Below, one piece after another: positions 33,644 through 45,600 of a stretch of 64,000 nucleotides of DNA (position 1 is its first letter; the number at the start of each line of letters is the position of its first letter). This DNA is from Hormiphora californensis (lineage: Eukaryota > Animalia > Ctenophora), in contig CM035350.1 in assembly GCA_020137815.1 (NCBI GenBank), forward strand, positions 10,168,001 through 10,232,000. The letters run 5' to 3'. A model generated the notes under the pieces. The model was not told the DNA's origin and made no database searches. It saw only the letters and a program-made list of their open reading frames with translations. A program made the translations under genes and the position numbers.

Positions 33644-36600
33644 ATGACATTGTTATCGCAGCAACTCCAGAAGTTAGCCCTACCCCGGGAACAGATCAGG
33701 TCCGGTGCTATCGTCCATTCCTCTCTCATTTTCTCTGGTAGGACAGCCTCAGATTATGATATCTCCGAGCTCTATGATATAGGGTGTAATGGTCTAGAGG
33801 AACTGATTGAACTGGATGGATCCTTCGAGAGGTTCCGAGACAGTTTGTTTCATAGTAGCTCTCTTTCGTTTGAGAGATCCACCAAGGGTAGGGAGTTCCT
33901 GGTTACCATAGATACCGAGATTGAGCTATTTTTAGCTAGGGCTGCTAACTATGGTCTCCTCTCTGCTACTCTGAAGGCTCTGGAGTGGCTAGTTCGACTG
34001 TACAAGATCCACCTTCACAATGCAGACACACTCCTATCCTCATTCCTTCCTTTACACGATTCCAAAGTGTTTGGTAAGATTCTAGAGATCTGTAACCTAC
34101 CTGATAATTGGACATGGCTGGAGGGTGCTAAGAAGAATCATAGTACTGTGGGGAAGCCTGAGTTGGTGCGTCTGTGTGTCGCTACGCCTCACTATCTCAC
34201 CCAGTTCATTGAGTCTTCTCTCCGCATAGTTGAGTTGTGTGACAGTAGAGTCCATCAGTCCTTCCTCACCTCCCTCCTCTTCCTGGTGTTAGAGGAGTTC
34301 CAAGAAGTTCCACGGGATGTTCTACCTCACATCTTCTCTGCTGTGATCCGGGCTGTATCTGCCACAGGGAAGAGGAATCTCCAGTGTGTGGGATATATAG
34401 TGGCTGCCCAACTGAGCAGGAAAGTGACTTTGAAACAGGGCATTGCGGAGGAGTTGGTGGGTGCTATCCTGGAGAATGCAGGGGCGGATCTTGCGAGGGA
34501 GATTGTTCTAACTGTGGCCTGTGTGGTTCACCATTCTCCTGATATGGAGCTCCCTCTATCATTCCTCTCCGAGGACTACATTTCCATCATATCGACCATT
34601 ACTAAAGATATCAGCGCTCTCCAGGGAGCCATGCTAGCAACTCTTCTGCGGGCTACCTTTGCTGGAAAGGAGCTGGGAGTAAGCGCTGACAAGCTGCTAC
34701 AGTGTGCCCCGAGTGAGACTGCTCGGCAGACTTGTACCCGCTACTTTGAGTACTATTTCTCTGCTACCCCTACTGCTAGGACCACTAGTGGTGTCCGGGA
34801 GTTGGGGTACAGTCTGGCGGACCATCACGCCCTCCAGTTACAGGGTGTCTTTGAGGAGTGGTACCAGGGGGGACGAGATACAGCTGTCCTTCAGGAGCTG
34901 AAGGGTTTGTTGTTGGGTCGTTACCTAGGAAACACTACATCACAACAGTTGGTGGAGATAAATCATGATGTGGCGGGTATAAGGATGCTGGGTCTCCTCC
35001 GGACCGCAGAGAAACTATCCAGCGGGGGTGAGTTAGGGGAGAGTGAGAGGGATGTGTTGCGGGCCAGTGTTCTGGCAAGGGTGTGTGATGAGGATGTGGG
35101 GGTGGCTGTCAAGGCACTGCAGCTGGCACGACAGTTCCTGGAGGCTGGGGAGGTGGTTGGGAGGGTGTTGGAGAGAGCGCTGACAAGGGGCGGCAATGGG
35201 GAGATGCTGAGTGAACTTGTAGAGTGGGGATGTGGCGATCCTGAGGTTGTATGTGTTCTATTAAACTGTGTTCCCAGTGGGGAGAACGAGAGGAAGGACC
35301 TAGCAGACAAACTCAAGTGAGTAGAAGATTCATTCGTGTTTCCCCACATATTTTCATCGTATCATGTATGGTTCGATAAGTTTTCCTATTTTTAACTGTG
35401 TCCCCCCATCTCAGGTCATCCAAAGCTCTCAAGAAATATTCCAAGTTGCTCTCAGGAGATAACTGGATAACTACAATATCTGGTCACATAGCAACGGACT
35501 CTGCCATAGTGTCGGCCCTAACAACCGCTCCCTGTCCCATCCACTTCAGAGTTCTGTGTGAGATAGTGGCAGGGGGTGTGGCTGGTGATCAGGCTCCCCT
35601 TATTGTACACTACCTACTGGGCATTCTGGATACAGCCATCAACAGAAAGGTAGGGGGGAAACAACTTAGTTCACGGGGGGGGGGGCTGCATTCTCTGTTT
35701 CAAAGGGAGGTTGGGCGGTTAAAAGTTTAGAAATACATACTAACATCATGTTAGTAACATGTTAGTAACATTGATGCATCTCCCTCCCTCAGTTTGAGTA
35801 CCGTCCCCTACTAACACATCTTATCTCCCTCCTCAGTTTGAGTACCGTCCCCTACTAACACATCTTATCTCCCTCCCTCAGTTTGAGTACCGTCCCCTAC
35901 TAACACATCTTATCTCCCTCCTCAGTTTGAGTACCGTCCCCTACTAACACATCTTATCTCCCTCCTCAGTTTGAGTACCGTCCCCTACTAACACATCTTA
36001 TCTACCTCCCTCAGTTCGAGTACCGTCCCCTACTAACACATCTTATCTCCCTCCTCAGTTTGAGTACCGTCCCCTACTGACACATCTTATCTCCCTCCTC
36101 AGTTTGAGTACCGTCCCCTACTAACACATCTTATCTCCCTCCCTCAGTTTGAGTACCGTCCCCTACTAACACATCTTATCTCCCTCCTCAGTTCGAGTAC
36201 CGTCCCCTACTAACACATCTTATCTCCCTCCCTCAGTTTGAGTACCGTCCCCTACTAACACATCTTATCTCCCTCCTCAGTTTGAGTACCGTCCCCTACT
36301 AACACATCTCCCTCCTCAGTTTGAGTACCGTCCCCTACTAACACATCTTATCTCCCTCCCTCAGTTCGAGTACCGTCCCCTACTAACACATCTTATCTCC
36401 CTCCTCAGTTTGAGTACCGTCCCCTACTAACACATCTTATCTCCCTCCTCAGTTTGAGTACCGTCCCCTACTAACACATCTCCCTCCTCAGTTTGAGTAC
36501 CGTCCCCTACTAACACATCTTATCTCCCTCCTCAGTTTGAGTACCGTCCCCTACTAACACATCTTATCTCCCTCCTCAGTTTGAGTACCGTCCCCTACTA

Positions 36601-39600
36601 ACACATCTTATCTCCCTCCTCAGTTTGAGTACCGTCCCCTACTAACACATCTTATCTCCCTCCTCAGTTTGAGTACCGTCCCCTACTAACACATCTCCCC
36701 CTCAGTTTGAGTACCGTCCCCTACCTACTGATAGCTCACTATCTGCCCTGCTCCCTAAAGCTCAGAAACTCTTCAAAAACTTTGTGGTAATGAAGAGAGA
36801 GTGGGAGATGGTTGGTTTGGTCCTTCTCCTCTTGGAATCCCTGGCTCCTGCTATAACGTCACGCGATGACGTAGCAGCTGTACTGAGATACCTGGCACGG
36901 TCAAGATACCTTCAGATACCCTGCAAAGCCCTGGCCAGCGCACTTGATAAACAGCTCGTGTACAATGCAACGTACAAGGTATCTCAATCACACAGTTCAG
37001 TAACTAGTATCACCACCATTAGTGTTTACCACACAGTGACTAGTATCACCACCATTAGTGTTTACCACACTATAACTCTCTCTTGGTACAGGTGTTACGG
37101 TTTACAGAGAATCTGGATGATCTTGGTGAGGTGGTTAGACATGTCAAGTTACCCTCCGAGGAGGTACCCAACATACTACCCTACCTCCTGTGTGCCCTTG
37201 CCAGCGCTGAACTGGGAGGATGGGCCTACAAGCGCCTCAAAGCCATATCCAAACAGGAGGGAATACCCGGTGCAGCGGGGGATGTTCTGGGAGGGTTGAA
37301 TCTAACTAAGGGTATGACTGAGTGTGATCTGAGAGAGGAATTAGGGCGTGTTGCCAAGGGGACGTGGGTGTCTGAGACTCTGGAGCTAGGGACCACTCAG
37401 CTACCTGAACTATTCACACTTCTGGGTGCAGTTCAGTGTAAGGAGAGGTTCGAATTTTCTCTCAGTAAGATCAAGGTTAGTAAAATGTTTTGGACTTTTT
37501 TGAAATTTGTTTGTTCCAGCAATGGTCTGAGTAAGTTGACATCTTGTTTTCAGGGTGGTTCGACAGATAACACTCTCCTCGGATCATATACAGCAGAGAC
37601 AGGAAAACTGTTCGCCGCCAACCCTGACCTTCTATCTCTCTACACGGACTGTCTAACTTCAGCCCCTGTTCTCATGTCACGGACACTAAACAGCGAGTTC
37701 CTATCCACCGTGTCAGACAGTGCGGCCATATTGAGGGCCATATTAGGGGCCTGTGATGGGGAGAATGAGGGTCTTATCGCAGAGAGAGTAGCAGAATTAG
37801 CACCCGAATCCACCACTTCAGTGATGATTAGTTTGATGAAGGAGCAGGGCAATAGGGCCGCGCTACAAGTCCTCCGCTTACAGGTATGTGTACATTGTGT
37901 AGGGCCTATAACTTACCATAGCTTAGTGTTACTGCTGTCACTAACAACTATCCTCCCATCACAGGGTACTGCCAGCAAGGAGATAGCGACGGTTCTCTTT
38001 GATATCCTCCCATCTTGGACTGGAGACGAGGAAGAGGTGGTGACCCTGCTGAGTACTGTAGCCACCAAACTAGGCAAGACCACGCCCCTGACACCCACTG
38101 CCCTGAAGCGTGTGGTTGATGTTATCAGGAGTACTGATGTGGAGAGGAGATCCCTGCACCATAGCTGTCTGGTACTCCTCGCCAAGTTATCGGCCCATTT
38201 CCCTGACCTGGTGCTGGATCATGTCATTACAATCTTTACCTTTATGGGAGACAACACCATCAGGAGAGACGACAACTACTCGATCCAGGTACAGTCATAC
38301 AGTACTCAGTTACAGGGGCATTAGGTGATTAACTGACTTGAAGCATGGTTCAAAAACCACAATTGTAGCTCGTTTAATAAGAGGCAATAACGATCCCAAT
38401 TTTAGGTCCTTCAAGAGGCAATCACGACTGTTATTCCTGTGATTCGACAAAAGAAGGATATTGTCAGTGTTCTGAGAGTATTCTGTGATTCTCTCCCTCA
38501 CATTCCGTCCCACCGTTATGATACCATCTTCTCTCTTCTGGTGAAGACTGCTGGAGCTCAATACCTCTTCCAAATCTTTATCTTCGTTTTAGAGTACTGC
38601 AGCCGGTGAGTCAGCCCCCTACCCTCTTCAGCTACCCTCAGTGTGCCCCCACTTCTCGTCCCATCTCTCCCCACTTCTCGTCCCATCTCTCCCCACTTCT
38701 CGTCCCATCTCTCCCAACTGCAATAAACACAGAGATACTATTATCCAATACTTTCCACAGGGAGCGAGAGATGGCCTCCCAGTTCTCTCATTTCCTCCAA
38801 GGATTGGCCCTTCACTTTGGATCTGCAGAGCTGGTTTCAACTGCCAGCTCCCTACTCACAACCCTAGCAAAACTACCCCAAAAGCTAGGAAAAAAGGTAA
38901 GTAAGAGCATGGTACTGAATTCATAATCTGTGGTGTTTCTAACTATGACAGTGTTTCACAACTCCTAGAAAGGTGTTTCTAATGAACTCTCTCCCCACAG
39001 ATCGGCAAGACTTACAAAATGAGGGTGGCACCAGCCTTGGAACTAAACATTGTCGACTTGAAACACTTCAATTACTTCAAGCTAGGCCTTGCAACCCAGA
39101 TTTTCTTAATCGCGGGTAGCAAACACTTTACCGGTAAGTTTGGTTTTTAGACTCAAGTGTTTTAGCTTTCCCGCATGGACGCGTTCGTGGTTGTAAAGTT
39201 TTATGAAGGAGTACAAAAAAGAAGTCACGTGACGCCCACACGAAATAATCCCTGTTCACTTTTCAACACTTGAGACTTTAACCGCGTGGCGATGGAGCCG
39301 TCATATGAGCTAATGGCTCGTGTTACCACGATAATTTCACCAATTATCTTTCTAATTTGCATCTACGTGATCTTGGTGAACAGTCTGGTGATTTGGGGTT
39401 ACTTCCGAGTTGAATCCAAGACACGTGTCACCTTCCTCTTTGTGGCTGTCGCCATTGCGGATATATCCATCGCTGCCAACATCGGACTCAGATCCATCTT
39501 TTCATGGTTTTGCCTGTTCGGCCAGGAACTACCGACTATTATAACCGCAGTGTTTCTCTCGGGTGGGATGTGCAGCTACAACCTTTCCAACTTCTATCAC

Positions 39601-42600
39601 GTTACCCTCTCCGTGTTAAAGTGTATAAACATCAAGTTCCCATTCTACCAAGTCAACTTCAACCGTGTTAAACAGATATTGATAGTAGCTACTGTGATCT
39701 GGGTGTGTCTCTCAGCAGGGGACCTCGCACTCTACCTCTCTCTACAAGACAACAACGTCCTATCAGGATCCTGTAATGCACAGTGGACACTGTTTCACCA
39801 CTATGAGGTGATAGGTAATGGTGTGGCACTGTATCTAGCTCACAACCATGGGGTGTCTGTTACCAGGAACACTCTGGTTCACATCGTAGCAGTGCAGTAT
39901 GTGGCACCGTGTATCATTATAGCTGTATCCATGGCAATACAGATCAACTCTATCAGATCTAGTATGATGGCATCTGAAACTATCAGCCATGTGACCGGCA
40001 CTGTTATCATAATATCCGCCCTGTATCTGGGCAGTAATGGTACCTACGCTGTCTTTACACTGCTAGAAGTGGACCTGTCGTCACACCATGTGGTGCAGAC
40101 TACTGAACTTGTCCTGAAGTTCATCTTGCCCCTTGTGAACTGTGCACTGTACCCCATGGCGATCATTATGAGGAAGGAGGCCCTGAGGACGAGATATCTG
40201 GGGATTATCAGGGCTATCTTCAGAAGGAGGGAGAACAAGAAAGGGGGATATAAGAGCGTGTCAAAGATTGATCCTGACGATACCTTGACAACTGCTATTC
40301 AGGACAGCGATTAATGATGAAAATTGAATAATTTAACACACTTCAAACATGTTGTATTTTGTTAGAAACCTATAATCATGTTCCCAAGATGATTGTAGCC
40401 CCCTAACACACCCCCTAACATGACACACACCCTACATGCAGGTCTACTGGGTGAGTGTGAGGGAAGGGACGAGGAGAAGTTGCTGGCTAGTATGGTAGAG
40501 GTGTCATTCTCAATGATGATAGAGCACCAAGCCATCACCCCATCTGACAAGTTTACTGATTTGCTCAACCGCCGCCTTACCGGTTAGTACAGTTGTACTC
40601 TGACCTCATTACCCGTCTAACTGCTAGTTCTAACCCTTCTTTTAATCCCCCACCTCTCTCATATTTACCTCCCCCCCCCCACAGCCCACCCCTAACCCCC
40701 ACCTCTCTCGTGTAGGTATAGTGCAGGGTGTTACAAGTTCCCTACCTGCTAGTCTATTTACCTCTGTGGTACGGGCCCTCCTTGCTACCGAGACCCAGCT
40801 GGTTCACCAACGCACCCTCGACATCCTATCAAACAGAATGAAGGGTATGTGTAACCATAGTAACCATGGTAACCATGGTAATGTGGTGTGTTATACCAAC
40901 TAGATCTAGTGTCCATACGGGGATGTGGATAGAAGTCTAGATTGTGTCAAAAGAAGGGGAGGAATTAATTGTAATATTTCAGTTGAGTATACCTGGTCTG
41001 AGGGATTGAAGACGGGCCTGGTAGAGATGGTACCCACACTCCTCTCATTGGAGCACGAGGAAGACAGGTGGAGCGTCATCACCACCATCATAACACGACT
41101 TGGTTAGTAACCACAAGACACTTGGTGAGTAAACCCTCCTAACTAGCCCCCCCCCCCCTACTTGGTGAGTGTAAACAAGACACTTGGTAGGTTGTCAGAG
41201 CTGCTCAGCAGCTGCTGCTGATTAGTTTTCTAGTTAACCCACTCATCTGCTACTAACCACACAACCCAACTCTCTGTTGGGACCACCATATAACCACCTT
41301 CCCAACAATTCTCCCTCGTTGCCTAGGTGATGACCACCCGGATGAAGTAGAGAGAGTTTTAACGGCCGCAACACCCCTCATCTCCATGGAAACCCCCTCT
41401 GAATCCCTCATCACCTGTGCATGTGCCTGCATCAGAAGTCTTGGACTCAGGGTTGCTGGATGTCTGCCAGAATTGGTTCCCGTTGCTATGGGCAACCTAC
41501 CAACCAGTAGTGAGATTCTCTGTACTGTGTTTGAAACAGTCCCACAGTTCTCCGGGGCTTACGTTACGGATACCCTTATCAGTCTTTCAAAGGTAGGTTT
41601 AGGGGTTTATTGCAGGCTATTTACTGATCCTATTAAGTTGCCCGGTATAAGAAATCTGTTCGAACCCATTCTTTCTAGGTTAGATCAACTTAGGTTGCCC
41701 CGTATTGTACAAAGATCCTGAGATCTGTCGTCTATAAGCTGCAGCATCCTAATCTGCAGTATAACACATTATTTCCTCTTCTATGGTCAAACGTGATCCA
41801 GCCTCTCCTCTAGATAGGTTGTGACGGAACATCACTTGCTCTGGCAGGGCGTTCACGTGATATGTGATTGTAATCACACCTCACCAGGAGTCTTATCCTT
41901 ATCTCCTCAGCGGATCGTAGGGTTAGGAAGGGGAGAAACAGTTGAGAGCATTAAGGGGGTTTTCACTGATTCCTAGAATTGTTGGCTCGGCTAAATACAG
42001 CAGCACTACATCTGTGTCTGAACCCATTTCTTTCTAGGTTCAGATAGCAAAGTCTAGGTTGCCCTCTGTTATCGGTACAAAGATTAAACTGAGGATCGTA
42101 CGCCCTCACGTGCAGTCCCAGGCATCCGATCGCAGGTATTTACCCTTTGAATAGTTAGCCTAGACTGTGACTCGCCTTCCGGGGTAGTATATCGTGTTAT
42201 TTCACACCTTTGTCTGCGTTGAATGACATCGAGACGATCATTATAGAGTTGTGTACGCAATCAATAGCTCATAATAGTTTTACGTTGTAGTGATGAAGAG
42301 TTTCAAATCACAGACTACAGACGTAAGAACGATATTATTGAGAGTATTGATGAAGGCCGAAGCCGAGAGAGCAGATGAGAGAGGAGACGATCGAGAGTAG
42401 AGAGAGAGAAGGATGAGAGCAGAATGAGAAACCAAGAGGATTAACCTGTTTCCAAAGGACTTAGGCCAAGTGAGAGGATGAGGATGTAGTGAGCGAGAGA
42501 GAGATTGCAAGTGGATAGTAAACTTTTTTGTGACGCACAAAGTATAAAAACCAACAGCATGGGACGCGATTTCAATTTCCTGAAAAAAGTGTAACTTCAT

Positions 42601-45600
42601 TAGTCCTAAAAGTGACTCCTCCCCCCCTTCTTGGGCGTTTTTGAAATCCTAACATTTCTACCGTCTCATTACTCTGTTATGCGATCTTCCTTGGTCCTCC
42701 TTGTGTTCCTGGTGGGAGCTAGTACAGGGAGCTCCGTCTCTCAGCTCAGATCTGGGGCATGGGGCTACCTGACTTTCCAAAGCAACAGTTTAAAGTGCTG
42801 GGGAGAGAAACTTGATAAGGGGAAGAGGTATCTTTACACTGTCAACTGTCACACTGACATCCATGCTTCATTGGACACCTTCCTATGGAGGTAAGAGATA
42901 TGACCTTGTCCCTCCTTGACCTCCCCATGTGAGGTGAGACCCTGACGCTGACATGTGACCTTGACATGCTTCAAACATCTACACTTCTACAGGTATGACG
43001 TGAACACGATGCAGCTTCAGAACAAGGGATTGTCAGATCAGTTCGGGGAACCCTACTGTATGGCCCAGAGTGAATTCAAGAGCATGCGTATATTTACTAT
43101 GGTCCCCTGCAAGGGTAAATCCCTTCTTCCAGTTCCTGATCAGAGAGGAGTATGGCGGTTCAGTGTTCCAGCTGATCAGTAACACCAACCGACACTACTG
43201 TGTGGATACACGGACACACAGGGTTGTAACATTGGGATTATAGATACCACTCTGCCGCTCGGCTGGATACTTGTGACTCTGTTCACCACCGCATCAACTG
43301 CTCAATGGGTCAACTTTTACAAGCACTCTAACTATCAAGGTAGGTCAATAGATCAGGCTACATGTTACACATCGTATTATTTAGATAATTACAGTGATGA
43401 ATCGTCCATGACTAAGGTTATACTATATCTCTCTCGCAGGCTTCCGGTCTATGCCCCTGTAACGGACCCTGTATTGAAGGATGGCAACTGGGGACAATTC
43501 AAGGTTTATGGCCACTGGGAGCTGCTGGGGAGTTGACTCCACGACCCTGAGGGTGGAGCAAGAGGTACTGTTTGGAGTCGGATATGAGTCAGAAGTTCAG
43601 ATATGATCCCCGGACTAAGGAGATACAGAACTGGGAGTTTCCCCGCCTCGGTGGGGGCAAGGGGTGTGTGAACTTACAGACTAGAAACAGGTTCTACATT
43701 GGTAGATGCACTGGGAGTATACTGCAGAAGTTCGAAATCAGAGAGGGTGAGTTTTTTCCAACTAACTAAGAATCATACTATTGAGTCCAGAGGTTCACCT
43801 CGGTCACATCGTGCTAGGTTCCCACTCACCCCCTTCTTCCCACACAGGGAGTCTGTACAGTGGTACATTTACCCACTCACCCCCTTCTTCCCACACAGGG
43901 AGTCTGTACAGTGGTACATTTACCCAGCTGATCCGCCACGACGACCACCGTTACTGTGTGGATGTATGGAGGAGAGCACCGGGACACCAACAGATCTATA
44001 GTTACACGTGTAAAAAGGACATTAGGGATGGGGATGGACAGTGGATAAAGTTTGACTTCTTCAAGTCTGTGAAAGTGTGCCCTGCTGGACAGATTGCCAC
44101 TGGTAACAAGTGTGTTAACTGCCCTGCTAACACCTATAACCCCTCACGTGGGGCCACTAAGTGTATTGCATGCCCATCAGGTACTACTAGCAGCGCTGGG
44201 TCCAGTGGGTGCGTGTCGGCCAACTCCTGTCCAGCGGGTAGCTACATGAACCTAAGTAATGGGAAGTGCAACCTCTGCCCTAAGGACACCTATGCGCCCA
44301 CCCCGGGTATTGTGAACAATTGCATGAAGTGCAAGAAGGGACACCATACCACTGGAAAAGGGGCCACTTCCTGCACTAAAACAGTCAAGTGTCAACCTGG
44401 TACATTTGTCAATGGGAACACCTGCAAGGCATGCCCCATTAACACCTATACTAACGAGCCCAACTCTGCCTCCTGCACTGCCTGCCCCTCGGGCTGGTAC
44501 ACCCAATCCACTGGGTCCACCAGCTGCCTGAAACGGTCCTTCTGCGGACCTGGGACCTTCTACAACGGAGTGGCCTGTAAGAAGTGTCCCAAGAACACAT
44601 TCGATAACACGGTAGGGAACACAAAGTGTCAGCCGTGTGCTCCTGGATTCGAGACAAAGAGCACGGGTGCGACCCATTGTACCAGGAAGAACAACTGCCT
44701 GGCAGGGTCCCACTGGAGTGAGCCTCACCACGAGTGTAGGGAATGTCCCAAGGATACCTTCACATCCAAAGCACATCAAGTCAGGTGCAACCCTTGTCCT
44801 AAAGGGACGGGAACCAGGGGAACTGGGTCCACCAAGTGTGAGAAGATTAACTACTGTAAAGCGGGCAAGTACCACAATGGAGAGCAGTGTGTGAATTGTC
44901 CAGTAAACACCTTCACCAACAAGCAGGGAGCTTGGAAGTGCACACCCTGTCCAAAGGGGACTAAAACAGATAAATGGGGCTCCACATCGTGCCGGAAAAT
45001 AGTGGCCAATGACTGCACCCCTGGTATGTTCTACAACGGCAAGGTGTGCTACAAATGTCAAAAGAACACCTTTACTGACGTCAAGGGTCTGTCCTACTGC
45101 AAGAAGTGTCCAATTGGGTGGGAAACCAAGTCGATTGGAGCGAGCAAGTGCGTCAAAAAGCAGGAGATCAAGGTTTGGGCCAGGGCTGAGAAGAAGTACC
45201 CAACATGTTTTAGTTACAAAACCTCCCCCAAGTGCCTGCTGAAGTGCCGGTTCAAGACCAACACTGGCATCAAGATAGCTAACAAGTCCAGGGTATCATT
45301 CAGCAAGCTGGTGGGATCCAAGTGGGTCAAGCTGAGCTCTCCCGTCAGTTACAACACGAAGTGGGACTGGTTTACTGTAGTGGTAGCGAACCGGCCAACT
45401 CCCAGTAACGCAGGGAAGTATCGCTGTCAGGCCGTGTATGGTGGGGTTTCCGGGGCAACCGACATGGAGTTGGCTATGCTCCAGAAGTCTGCTGGTGAAG
45501 TTGTGGAGGAGTGATGTAGAGATTGTTGTATTAGGTAGTGTGCATGGTCTTTAAAACGTTTTGTTTTTCCCTTCAACTGATGTTCTTAATTCTAAATGAA

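Noticed and set aside
35780-36723. CRISPR-like appearance of this and other arrays (9584, 31899, 51766)
   Set aside because: No unique spacers, no cas genes and a eukaryotic context.
39292-40314. GPCR as an opsin
   Set aside because: No convincing retinal-binding Lys at the expected TM7 position and no opsin motifs.
41600-42500. Novel element or ORFs in the HEATR1 middle region
   Set aside because: Looks like noisy, partly duplicated consensus (41660-41720 vs 42020-42085), probably hiding garbled HEATR1 exons.
44252-45061. 269-aa minus-strand ORF (also 1601-2209)
   Set aside because: Antisense to well-supported coding sequence with no independent features.
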